DNA of 63,325 nt, filler included, from Dimorphilus gyrociliatus (GCA_904063045.1; 3 parts of 3 records of this genome joined end to end with filler, not necessarily neighbours in it); one strand, 5' to 3'; positions 37,601-49,095 are shown, counted from the whole stretch's first letter. Numbers and translations: made by a program. Notes: generated by a model from the letters alone, not told the origin.

Positions 37601-38749
37601 CCACTGGGAAATGAAGTTGGAAAGATTATTTTTGAAAATATTAGAGATAATTGTAAACAATTAACATCAATTGTATTCTATAATTGCAAATTTGATTCAA
37701 ATATTGGAAATGTACTTGGTGATGCAATTGGTCAACAATCAAACCTTCAAATCATGGATATAGGAGAGAATGCATTAGGAAGTGCAGTTGGTAGATCATT
37801 GTTTAAGAATATTAAAGAAAAGTGTACAAATTTAACAACAATATTTTTAGTCCAGTGTGAATTTGATTCAAAAATTGAGAATTTACTAGGCGAAGCTATA
37901 GGAAAACAATCTCAACTTCAAAGTTTAAATCTAAGTGATAATCCATTAGGAAATTCAGTTGGAAAGATTCTATTTAAAAATATGAAAGAGAACTGTAAAC
38001 ATTTAACTGAATTGTATCTGTCAAATTGCAATCTAGATGAAAATGTTGGATGTATAATTGGTGAAGCCATTGGAAAACAAAATCAATTACAAATTTTAGA
38101 GTTGGAAAAAAATTCATTGAAAAATAAAGTTGGAAACAGTTTATTTGAAAATATTAAAGAGAATTGTAGAAATTTAATTAAAATATGTTTAGGTAATTGT
38201 GAATTCGATTCAAATATTGGAAATGTGATTGGTGAAGCAATTGGACAACAACATCAACTTCAGGTTCTGGATTTTGGGCATAATCCACTGGGAAATGATG
38301 TTGGAAAGAGTTTGTTTGAGAGTATTAAACAAAATTGTAACCAATTAACCCAAATTGGATTTCATAATTGTAAATTTGATTCCGATATTGGTAATATACT
38401 TGGGGAAGCATTTGGTCAGCAATACCAGCTAAGTGTCTTTGATTTGGGAAACAATCCTTTAGAAAGTATACTTGGGAAACATCTATTTCAAAATATAAAA
38501 GATAATTGTAAACAACTAACAAAAATAGGATTTGAAAATTGTAAATTCGATTCCAATATTGGTAATGTGATTAGTGAAACAATTGGGCAACAGAATAAAC
38601 TTGAGTGCTTACATTTAGGAAATAATCCACTTGGAAATGAAATTGTAAATTGTTTATTTAAAACTCTTAAGGAGAATTGTAAAAATGTAACTTTTCTATG
38701 TTTAGATAATTGTAATATTGAGTCAAATATCGTCAGTAAGCTATTATAA
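31659..38749 (+). CDS. NLR (death-fold / NACHT / very long LRR), ~2320 aa, 3 exons
   Basis: Exons 31659-32589, 32661-33725 and 33783-38749; the GT-AG introns of 71 and 57 nt keep frame (6963 nt total). Walker A GDAGMGKT, Walker B FLFDGIDEL, sensor VWSR, GF, CNCPL, winged-helix FIHFLFQEYLTA. The N-terminal ~90 aa are helical and CARD-like (inference). Confidence 0.92.
35516..38746 (+). repeat. 19 tandem ~171-bp coding repeats (57-aa RI-type LRR pairs)
   Basis: Unit consensus xxLxxLDLGNNPLGxxVGKxLFENIKxNCKxLxxIxLxNCxFDSxIGNVIGEAIGQQ, counted 19 times; one unit is a residue longer. Confidence 0.95.
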
Positions 38750-39139
38750 TATCTAAAAAATTTCTTATGATTTGAATAAATTGACAAATTCAAAGAAAAT
38801 ATTCAGGGTTAGGATTAGGGCTTTTTCTTAAATAGTCATTGAACTATTACATATAACATTCAATTAGTAATATTACTAAAAATATTTTTCGATACAACTG
38901 TACTTTCCTGCCCTGGAATAGTAGGTAATTAATGGTCCAAATAGAACCAAATTATGAATATTTTTGGTTATGTACCATCTCATCTTTTATGATCTTCCTC
39001 ACTGAAATGCCACACTTGGTGTAGAACTGTTAAATACTTTGAGGTTTGCCTCTTAAATTCAATTATCAATTTACAATTGGCAAATTGTCTAACTTGTATT
39101 TATCGTTAGTATCAGAATGTTGCAAGGTCCAACAATTAG

Positions 39140-39323
39140 GTGATCTAAATGAATTATAACTGAACCACACGCCAGGAAATTCAATTAAATTATAATTTAG
39201 CCACATCCTAGGAGGACTGTTTGAATTACAACTGGACCACTCTTTAGGAAGGCCTATTGAATTATAGCTTGGCCACATCTTAAGAGAGCTAATTAATTTA
39301 TAACTTAGCCATACTTTATCCAT
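39140..39323 (-). repeat. Five degenerate 36-bp tandem units encoding a 12-aa WxSYNxxxxP repeat
   Basis: Plus-strand units such as GAATTATAACTGAACCACAC and GAATTACAACTGGACCACTC are spaced 36 bp apart. The ORF track shows a minus-strand frame open across them (39066-39323), while plus frames contain stops. Confidence 0.75.
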
Positions 39324-40491
39324 AATGAATCTTTGGGATGACTGGTTGAGATATAATTTGACTAAAGCTTATTGTGTTTTTTTTTACATTGGTTAGATAG
39401 TGATATTGTTTTAAGATGTGTATAATATATAGTTTGAGCACAAAATATAACCAAAGCTGTACAGTAGTATCCCATTGTACTGATTTCACGGATAGTGTAA
39501 GGCAGTGTCGACATACTTTTGTGTAATGCAGTGAATGGGGTCGGGACATTTCGCCCCTTTTGCCTGGACATTACATCCATTTAATATGGACATTTTTTAT
39601 GATTGGTTAGAATAACCATGTACTTTTCTGATCAATTTACCAGTTTTCTTTAATATATCTTCAGCAATTATTTTTTTCTTCAATGTCATTTATCATTCAG
39701 AAAGAAATACAGCTATTTTATCCCATTTGATTAGAATAATTGTGATTCTCTTTTTGTCAACACTTGAACGTCTTGAACATGATCCATCTAGAAAAAAGGG
39801 TGTAGGAGAAAATGTCCGCAGGAGAAAACATCCACAACTGGGGAGAAATTTTTAAGATAAACACTTGAAAAGAAAATTTGAAAGAACAGGTATATAATTT
39901 TATTTATGAAACAGCAAGTTTGGATGGAAGTCATGTACACATGAGAGAAAATCAAACTGCAAAAAAATATACTATAACAAGATATAGAGAGCAACAATGT
40001 TCTTATAAAAATCAAATTCCTCCTTCAAAAACCTTGCTTCTGCTTGTTAATTATTTCTTACATCTAAAATAATATGGTAGCTGTACACATAGAAGTGGTG
40101 ACATATTGATATTTGGGAATTAGAATGATGGAACTTTAGAAAGATATCTATTTCATACGATTTAGAATGGTAGAAGTTTAGAAAGAATCCTAGATTCTTT
40201 GGACATATTAGATGGAGCCACTGTGGAATTGACAAAGAAACAAAGAGCATTGAAAGGATGCATGTCAAAGCTTGCCAGTCTCTAATCTCTATTCATCACC
40301 TAAACTATACTATTAGATTGGAAACCAATTTACTTAATAGATATTCTATTGGCAAAACTACAGTTTGATGATAACAGTACACTAGATACAGTGCTATAAT
40401 TGTTAATCAATTCAATTTATTCAATTTTCGCAAGATGCTTGATAATTAATTGGGTTCAGATTTTCAAATTTTAATCTAATTTAATAAAATT

Positions 40492-41425
40492 TCAGTTTTT
40501 AATATATGCAAAGAATCCATAATGAATAACGTATCTTTTTATCGATTTCATTAGAACACAATGTTGTGGATTCTTATATGAAAAACCTTTACAATCGGTT
40601 CTATCGTTGCATTTAGCAATACATTCAGCAAATGGACATTTAAGATAGCTTTTTATTTCTTCTCCTCTCAAAACTGAATAAATATGTCGGGTATATCCTG
40701 AAGCTATGTTGTTTACTGAAAGAAAAAGAAAGTCAAAAGTTACTAGAAATTTTTGTCTCTGTCTCTCTTTCTTTTGGAATAGACACTTACATTCTAAATC
40801 TTTATAATACAGAAGGGAGTCAGGATCACTTTTGGCATAAAAGGGTCTGAACATTCTCAAAGTGTCACATTTTCTGCGTTTAACATTATATTGAAAACCG
40901 AAGCATTGAGAATTTCTACAAATTTCACTGCATTCCTTTATAGTTTTATAAAAGTAGGTCTTTATGATCCTCTGCTTTCTGTCATCATCTTTTGCGGAAT
41001 CACGATATTTAAATCCTTCTATGTCATCTGTTGTTTTAAAGAAACAAATAGAGAAATTTTCATGCACCCAGAAATTATTACTTACAAGATGTATCTCTAA
41101 TCTGTACAATCCTTGTTGATCCTCTATCTTTTGGTTTATTAGCGCCAAAGTATGTTTGACACGTGTTGTACCAATGCATGAATGATACACATTTTTGCAG
41201 TCCAGAACAACGATTAGCACAGTCTCTCTCAGTTTTATCCAGAGAATGAGTTCTTTTGATTCCACGTGGCTCACGCATTTTAACTTTCTTGTAAGTGATC
41301 CATGCACTACCTATAAAACATTTAACTCTATAATTGATGAAGAACAATTATAACATTTTACAAAATTGAAACTTACACATTTGTAGAACAAAAGCAAGGC
41401 AAATTAAAGTAGGCAAAACTTTCAT
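40492..41425 (-). CDS. Secreted protein with three PAN/apple domains, 4 exons
   Basis: Signal peptide MKVLPTLICLAFVLQMCSA across intron 41376-41311. Each domain exon carries C..C....C.GF.Y...C. All introns are phase 1. Confidence 0.8.
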
Positions 41426-42295
41426 ACTTGATTGCTGATAAGTACTCAGAATATTATGAAGCTACCATGAAAAAACTATTTACATATATGTACTTATATA
41501 TCTTGAAAATTATCGATGTCAGCAATTTTCTTGTTTTATTTCATTGCAAACTGTTTCAAACATTGTTTGAAATTAGTGCCTCTGTACTTTTACTAGTACA
41601 ATTCTCTATTGTTTAGTAAAAGAAACATGTTTACTTTGCCAAAGTTGTTAATTTTTTTTTAATTTTCAATCCATCTGTTTTTCTATAGGATAAAAAAATA
41701 TTGATCACTTCGGATTGGTAGAATTGAACTTAATTTAATCTTATAAAACGTATTGAAACATAGAAAAGAAGTTATATCTTAGACACCAAAGAACAGAAAG
41801 CTGGACAGACCAAATTCCAAGCAAAAACTCTTTTGTGTTGTTATTTATATACTAGGTGATCAGTTCGGTTCAATGAGTACAAAATTTGTTGTTTAAATCA
41901 CTTATGGAAAATTGCAACATAAATAAGACTTTAATTGTATTTGTTAAACTTATACAAGGTGTTGAAGATCATATGAAAAAATTTCTCAAATTCCCAATTA
42001 AAATGTCATTATATTTTGTATGTGTGATATAACAAGTCTTTCATATTTTTGTTACATGAGAATTATGAGACCGTCAGATTTCAACTTTGTAATCCTTTGA
42101 CCACTTGAACCCAAGCTTTGGGAAATGTATAAAAGGAAATGCATTTCCCCAGCTTGTCAGTTCAGTTCTTTAACCAACAAATGGTTGTCTAAACAACAAA
42201 AGTACATCTACATTGATTCTTAGAGCTAAGAAGGCTATTCCTTTCAAATATATAAGAGAAAAATTTGAAATTTTTTTCAGAAAACTTGTGAAAAT

Positions 42296-42460
42296 GGGGG
42301 CTGACAGAAAACATCCCCAAATGCATGGTTTAACCCTAACCCTAACCTAGCACTTGCTTCTCCCTAACCTTAGATGAAGCCCCCTAACTACAAATCAATA
42401 GCTACTTCACTCCTCCTAACCGTTTTTCAATCCGAAATGTTGTCTTTAAAAATTGCTCAA
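42296..42460 (-). mobile_element. MITE family A, truncated
   Basis: GGGGGCTGACAGAAAACATCCCCAAA...TAACCCTAACCCTAACCTAG; the second TIR is missing. Confidence 0.8.
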
Positions 42461-42499
42461 CCAACCTGAGATAAATCCAGTCATGTGATGTAGACAGGC

Positions 42500-42707
42500 A
42501 GATGCGACAGAAAACGGCCCCAAAAGCATGGTTTTACCCTAACCCTAAACCATCCCTAATGTATCCGTAACCCTTTTTCATTACTCGTAACCCTTAGATG
42601 GGACCCCCTTAACTACAAATCAATAAATGCTTTTTTCCTCCTAACCATTTCTTAACCCAAAATGCTGCCTTCAAATATCCTTCTTGGGGCCGTTTTCTGT
42701 TGATCCC
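42500..42707 (-). mobile_element. MITE family A
   Basis: Both TIRs present; perfect 9-bp TSD TAGACAGGC at 42491-42499 and 42708-42716. Confidence 0.9.
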
Positions 42708-42959
42708 TAGACAGGCCAATCACATTTTCATAACCGATGTTTTATCGAATTGAGATTTAAACTTGCGAAACTTTGAATAATTCTTTTCTTCTACTTTTTT
42801 AGTTGATTACTTTAAGCATAGAGCTTCTGTAATTCCTAGATTAAATTCCATTCCTACTGTCTATCGACCAAAACTAATAAAATATATGAAAGAGATTAGA
42901 GATTAAAATTTCAGTTGAAAGAATTATTCAAGTTTAAACCATAAGAGAAAATAAGACAT

Positions 42960-44180
42960 TTTATATTTTGTATCACCACCTTCCAGGAACTGTTACAAAT
43001 TTTTTCTGCTCAGAGATGAAACATTTTGTCCAGTATCATTCTTTACAAATGGCTGTTGGGAAAAATATCAGAATCATAGTGAAATTTTTCAGATAGAACA
43101 ATCAAAACAAAACAAAAAGGGAATTGGAAATGCTTATGAATTATGCTTTAAAGGAAATGATATTTTATTCTACATCTTTGAAAAGATCATCAAGATACTG
43201 AACTATATATAGAAAGTGAATTTATAACACATCTCAATATAGATTCTAAAGAATTCTCATCAGAATTGGTTATTGTTACACATTCTGCATTAGATCTAAT
43301 ATTTGTTGATATAACAAATGTTAAGAAATTGAATTTTTTACTTTGTAAATATTATCAATTCAAAGGTTTCTTTTCCACTTTCTTATTATTCTTCTTTAGA
43401 ATCTTTAAAAATATTGTTACAAACAGATGTTGAATTTAAACTTATGACTGATGCAAATAAATATGAAAAGGGCAACTCTTATTTCTCAAAAATCTTACAT
43501 AGAAGGGAAATAATTTATCACATCAAAATCCTTTGGTATTTCATTACTACTATTTAAGCAGAGTAAAGGTAAAGGTTCTGCTGAGAATTTATATGTAACT
43601 GACAAACATTCATATCTATCAATTAGAGGAAATATTCAAGTTTGTATTCAATATATTACTTATTATTAAAAACAAGAAGTTTGTTTTCCTTATTTTCATA
43701 GATCTGAAGAGGTATTTGGTATTATTTTTTCTATAGAAAGTTCAACATTAAATAAACTTTGTTCATTCTTTGGATTTTGTCGATCGTACTCTTATTTACA
43801 CAGATATGAGGATTACTCATTCAAAAGTCTTTTTGCCAGAAGGCAGTTTATGTTTTCTATAGTCCTTTATAATACGAAAAATACTCTTTATAAATGTGGA
43901 ATAGTATAAGACCTGTTTTTGTTTTTTATTCACTTTATAGTATGATTTGAAAAGGAAAGAGATAAAACTTCCGGTAATACTGACAGTTCTGATGAAAATC
44001 ACTGCGGTAAGTACATAATCATTTTCGTATATAAATGTTTTTAATGAGTACTTTCCATAAATTGTTTCAGAAATGGAAAACTGCAAACATACCAATAGAC
44101 AAAATTATTGTATAACAATAGATTTAGTTTGTGACAGTACAATACACTATCACCTTGGAGATTATGAATAAGATTGCGGT
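42960..44180 (+). pseudogene. Decayed LDLa/CTL-containing receptor fragment
   Basis: DETFCP...GCW, then DSSDENHC|GTAAGT intron, then NCKH...YCITIDLVCDSTIHY..GDYE*DC (LDLa with Cys loss and a stop). Boundaries approximate. Confidence 0.5.
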
Positions 44181-45024
44181 ACATACATTATATTATTGAA
44201 ATCTCCATATTGTTGATTTGCTTAATAAATCATTCATATGAATTTTTGAATTTTATTGGAAAAGTCCACTTTTCTGTGACATTTTAGCCACTAATAGATT
44301 TACAAATTAAAACTGTTTTTTTTGGATATTTCATTTTCTTTCATTTTGCAGTTTCGTAGTAATTTACTTTGCAATAAAAATAGTGTTATTCATTAGGAAG
44401 AGCAGTAAAGACTTGAACCAATTGATTAATTCCACTAGGAAAAACAAATACAATATTATTATTTTGGCTGTCACCCATTTTCTATTGATTTCGTCAACCT
44501 TTCTTAAAAAGGGTTTTCAATGATATGCTACACAATTTTTATGTTTTTCAAATGAAAAACACTGTAAAAAAATGTTTTCATTTCATACTTTTAAAAATTA
44601 TACCATATTTTGAACTGAGTTCAAAAATTGTCTTTGTTAAATTGTAATAAACTTACAAAAATTTTCAGCTGCCAGCTAAATAAAAAATTAAAAATAGATT
44701 AAGTACCTTGTTTACAACTGTTTTATTTCATACCAATACGTTTGACCTGTATATTGGAATACATGCAGAATTTTTTGCTTTGCCAGCTGTTTAAGTACTT
44801 TGGAAAATACAGACAATGAGTTCATTATTTCCTCTCAGCTAGACATTTAAAATGGCTTCAATTGTGTTTTTAAACCAATTCAGCTTCTATTAAAAATGCT
44901 AAAACACAAAGTAATACAAACACTACAAACCAAGACAATAGAAATACTTTCTATATAAATATGTTGCAGTTCACTGCAGTTGAAGCTGTCAAATACTCCA
45001 AATCTATTTGCTGTAGAAGAAAAT

Positions 45025-45960
45025 ATGAAGCCTGCAGTAAGTCTGTTAATGCTATTGGGCATAGCTGTTGTCAATATTTCAGGTATATTAACTTTTCAAA
45101 TTTTAGGTATGAAATTGCTAATGTATATTTTTTAAAAAAATCCAATAACTTCTTCAGCACTACCTAAACACTTTGATATGGCTATTAAGGAAAATAAGTT
45201 ATGTTCAAATCCAATTGAATCATTTTTTGTTGCCAATTTTCCTCTATGTTTTCTTCACAATCCTATACAATTGTCGGCTATTCCTATTATAACAGAACAT
45301 GCTATTTTTATGAAACAATTCCAGAATCATGTATCAAACCAATAAATGGATCAACATTGTACATTAGAAAGAAGGAATGTAAGTATTTTCGATGATTTTT
45401 GTTTTAAACTTTAAAAAAATTGAAACATTATTTAAAAATTGAATGATTTCAGATATTCTTCCACAATATTTCATAAAGCAACAAAAAGCATCAAGTGGAA
45501 ATGATATAATGACTTTCCCTAATGCTACACTAGAAATGTGTTATGATTGGTGTGAAAAGAATGAAACATGTTTAGCCTTCTCCTTTAACTTTAGAAGAAA
45601 GATGTGCTGGTTGAAAAACAAGTTGGTGGCTATTCATCTATATAAAACAAGACTGGACAATCTTTTCTATATAAAAGATCGATTTGGTATTAACTGTTTT
45701 TATTTTTGTGATATATCTTAACAATTTAATTACAAATTTCAGTAAGAAAAATATTGGATTTTGAAACACATCCTCATCGATTCATTGATGGTACCCAAAT
45801 AAAATTATTACCAATTCGTGATCATAAAAACTGTACAGATGTTTGTACTAGAACTAGTGAATGCATTGGTGTTTCTGTACAATCAAATGGTTGTGCAATG
45901 TTCAGCACAATTGAGAAATTGAGGCTTACAGAGCGACATTATACATATTTGAAGCAGTAA
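45025..45960 (+). pseudogene. Three-PAN-domain secreted protein gene, frameshifted in the first domain
   Basis: Signal exon MKPAVSLLMLLGIAVVNIS (45025-45082) plus three PAN exons with phase-1 introns. The first domain changes frame at ~45260 (LCFLH to VGYSYYNRTCYFY). This could be an assembly indel. Confidence 0.7.
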
Positions 45961-46021
45961 ATTAGTTTCTCTACTTCTCTTATTCAATCTTGTTTTTGTC
46001 TCACTTAAAATAAATTTATTA

Positions 46022-46832
46022 TACACATGCATTCATCAGCTATACCCTACAATAGATAAGTAGTATTGAACCATTATTGTATTATGCAGATAGCACTGAT
46101 AGAGATAAGTAGGATTGACCTAGTTTCGTGTAGGGCAGTGCATGTACAATGCACGGCAATAAAACCTATTAAATTATATACAGAATATTGTTATTTGCAA
46201 CCTAGCATTATTATTACAACTTATTAATCTATACATTTATGATTTTGAACTAAAAGCAGTTCAATTAAATATCAATTATGCTTAAATTCTAAGTATACAC
46301 AATACTGTTCTACTTAACATGCATTAATCAGATATACTTTCTCCTTATATACTGATGCTAAATTTACTAACTCAATCAATTCAATATCATTGATATAGTA
46401 GAATATAAAAACGGTCAAATAATCCACATGTTTTCTTGATTGTTGAACTTGTCGTATTAAAATTGTTACATCTTATGCAACTCTCCAACCTGAGAAATTC
46501 AACTATTCTTTAGAAGAGGAAAACAATAAAAACATGACCCTATTTACAACTTTTCTTTGTCTTCAAATGTTACTTTTGTTTTTGTCAACATTGAAATTTG
46601 TCAACTATCAACCTTTAAAAGAGTATATAAACCCTACAAAATTAACAGTTGATAGTTCAGTTCTCTAACCATCATCTGGTTGTTTAAACTAGCTTGTTTA
46701 GAACTAGAAGCTCATTTTACTCAATACATAATTTTTGGATGAAATACTGGTGTTTTGTTGATTCATTTCTATCTAAATTACATTTGTTAGACTATTTGTG
46801 GACAAACTTGAAAGGTTCTATTTGTTTGAGTA
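46022..46832 (+). repeat. Copy of the 29175-30110 repeat, truncated by a MITE
   Basis: Homology ends at ...TTTGTTTGAGTA exactly where the MITE at 46833 begins. Confidence 0.85.
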
Positions 46833-47025
46833 GGGTCTACAAATGAGAAATTTCAAGACAAAATTTTGGATTGAGAAATGGTTGGGCAGAAGAAAACAGC
46901 AACTGATTTGTAGTTAGGAGGATCTCCTCTAAGGGTTAGGAGTAATGCAAAAGGTTAGGTAGAGCTAAGGGCTGGGTTAGGGTTAGGGTAAAAGCACTGA
47001 TTTGTGGACGTTTTCTGTCGCATCC
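46833..47025 (+). mobile_element. MITE family A, left TIR partly deleted, no TSD
   Basis: Closely similar to the copy at 47285-47491; right TIR TTTGTGGACGTTTTCTGTCGCATCC intact. Confidence 0.88.
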
Positions 47026-48150
47026 ATCTGGTACTATAGGTTGCTTTAACTGATATGTCCTGACTACATCATGACCAGGGATTTTAATCATCATATGATA
47101 TGTTTTATTTCCTTCTCTTTACCAATCTTTAAATGTTGGTATACTTTCATGGTCTTTCTGAAGAGCATTCCTTAGCATTAGATTCTTTGACTGATACTTT
47201 TTCAAATAAGCTATTTCCCCTTCTGATGCCAGCTTAAATATGGCATTCTTTAGCATTACATCGTCTTGGTACCCAGATGTTGATGGGGTCGACAGAAAAC
47301 GTCCAAAAATGAGAAATTTCAAGACTAGATTTTGGATTGAGAAATGGTTAGGAAGAAGAAGACAGCAACTGATTTGTACTTAGGAGGGTCTCCTCTAAGG
47401 GTTAGGGGTAATGCAAAAGGTTAGGTACTGCTAAGGGCTGGGTTGGGGTTAGGGTAAAAGCACTCATTTGTGGATGTTTTCTGTCGCATCCGATGTTGAT
47501 AAATCTGTTCTCAGAAGTTGGTTTTCTTCAATAGGAACCATAACTCTTGTTCCTGGTCCTCTAAATCCTTCTATGAAACTATCTTTATTGTATTTATCCA
47601 TAATAGTATATTCAGGACAAGAAAAATATCCTGCAAACTTTATACATGATATCTTTCTTTAAATCACTCTCCATGGTGATTCTTGTCCCACGATTTTATT
47701 ATCTTTTAACAGTTGAAGGATAATAACTGAATTTATACTTCTGCAAAATCTTTGTTGGACTGGACAATCTTCCACAAAATCAAGATCTGTTGTTACATAG
47801 TTTTTCTAAGGTAACCAGTATGCTTTTCCAACTTGTATAATTGTAATATATTCTATAACTAAAGTTGTTGATGGGTATTTATATGCTGTTCCTTTCCTTT
47901 CATCATAAGTCCAAATATTTTTTTTGTTCTAAAGTTTCTGCCCAGAGTAAGCTTTCTTCTCTTGATACATCCTCCTGCATTCTTCTTCTGACAATGTAAC
48001 AATGAATTCTTTGACTCTGTGCTTCTTTCAACCAAAAAAATAATGAGTGTAGTAGTTCTCTCTCTTCCTCATCATCCATTTTACTGCTTCAATCTCTAAA
48101 TCGGCTGTGTTTATTTCATACACATTGGCTAATATTTTTGTCACAGGTTG
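47026..48150 (-). pseudogene. Env-like (putative viral fusion glycoprotein) relic, interrupted by a MITE
   Basis: One frame with scattered stops reads ...YYTHYFFG*KKHRVKEFIVTLSEEECRRMYQEKK...YKYPSTT...DCPVQQRFC...DLSTSGYQ... once the MITE and one TSD are removed. The family assignment is by motif resemblance only. Confidence 0.5.
47285..47491 (+). mobile_element. MITE family A inserted in the env-like ORF
   Basis: Perfect 9-bp TSD GATGTTGAT at 47276-47284 and 47492-47500; both TIRs present. Confidence 0.92.
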
Positions 48151-48173
48151 GTTGAATACTTAATTTGAGTACA

Positions 48174-48480
48174 GTAAAATGGGTAATGGCACTTATGGAT
48201 ATGGAATTTGAGATAATATACATACCTGGTAGGAACAACAGAGCTGATTGGATATCCAGAATTGGTGAAGAAAAGACCCAAAAAAGCTTTAAGGACTTAC
48301 TGAAGAAGGAGTTATTGGCAGAAAAGGCTGAAGAATCCTAACCCTTCCCAAGTGAGATATTTGTTGAGCTTGTCACATCCTTGGGTGTAAGGAAATCAAA
48401 ACTACAGCCAAAGCCAAAGCAATGACATAGTAGAAAGAAGAAACTTGGAAGTAAGACGAGCACTACATAAGTTAATGGGC
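48174..48480 (+). mobile_element. Ty3/Gypsy pol relic: RNase H C-terminus joined to the second half of the integrase core
   Basis: KWVMALMDMEFEIIYIPGRNNRADWISR (RNase H end motif), then PFPSEIFVELVTSLGV and, in a shifted frame, QSNDIVERRNLEVRRALHKL (integrase E motif). RH-before-IN order is Gypsy-like. Confidence 0.78.
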
Positions 48481-48908
48481 AAATTAAGGACAACTGCATT
48501 ATGTAAATCAGTAATAAAGAAAAAAGGAATACAGGGATAGAGGTAACAAAACCCTGATGAGAAATTCTAACAAGTTTATTAAATATTTGAGAGAAGTAGG
48601 CATAACATATTAAATTATATTTGTTTTCTAAGAGAGAGAAAAAAGTCTGATTTTTATCTATCTTTTTGGCTGGAACAGGGAACAAGACAAAAATTTGGTT
48701 TGTATAATGTTTTCAAAAAAATTTAGTCTCTTTAATTCTATGAGAATGAACATTTTAATATTTGATGATGTACTTTGTTGTATCGTGATCGTAGGAATTT
48801 CGTTCTCGTCCCAAACGAATTTGTCCGTACCGCTCATTTAATATTACACCAAACTACTTGTCCATAACATCAAGACAGGCTAAGAAAGTTGATATTTCTA
48901 ACTTATCT

Positions 48909-49095
48909 GGGGCCGACAGAAAAGGTCCCCAAGAGAGATTTTTGAAAGCAATATTTTGGATTGAAAAATGGTTAGGAGGCGTAAAGTAGCTTTTAATTTA
49001 TAGAAGGGCTCCATCTAAGAGTTAGGAATAAACAGACAAGAGTAGGTTAGGGTTAAAGTTAAACCATGCATTTGGGGACATTTTCTGTTGTATCC
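48909..49095 (+). mobile_element. MITE family A
   Basis: Both TIRs present; 9-bp TSD AACTTATCT / ACCTTATCT (8/9 match). Confidence 0.88.

Noticed and set aside
35516-38746. Regularly spaced repeats resembling a CRISPR array or satellite
   Set aside because: The units are in-frame 171-bp coding LRR pairs, with no invariant repeat and unique spacer structure, in a eukaryotic context.
35692-38793. Small minus-strand ORFs inside the NLR
   Set aside because: Antisense shadows of the repetitive LRR codons.
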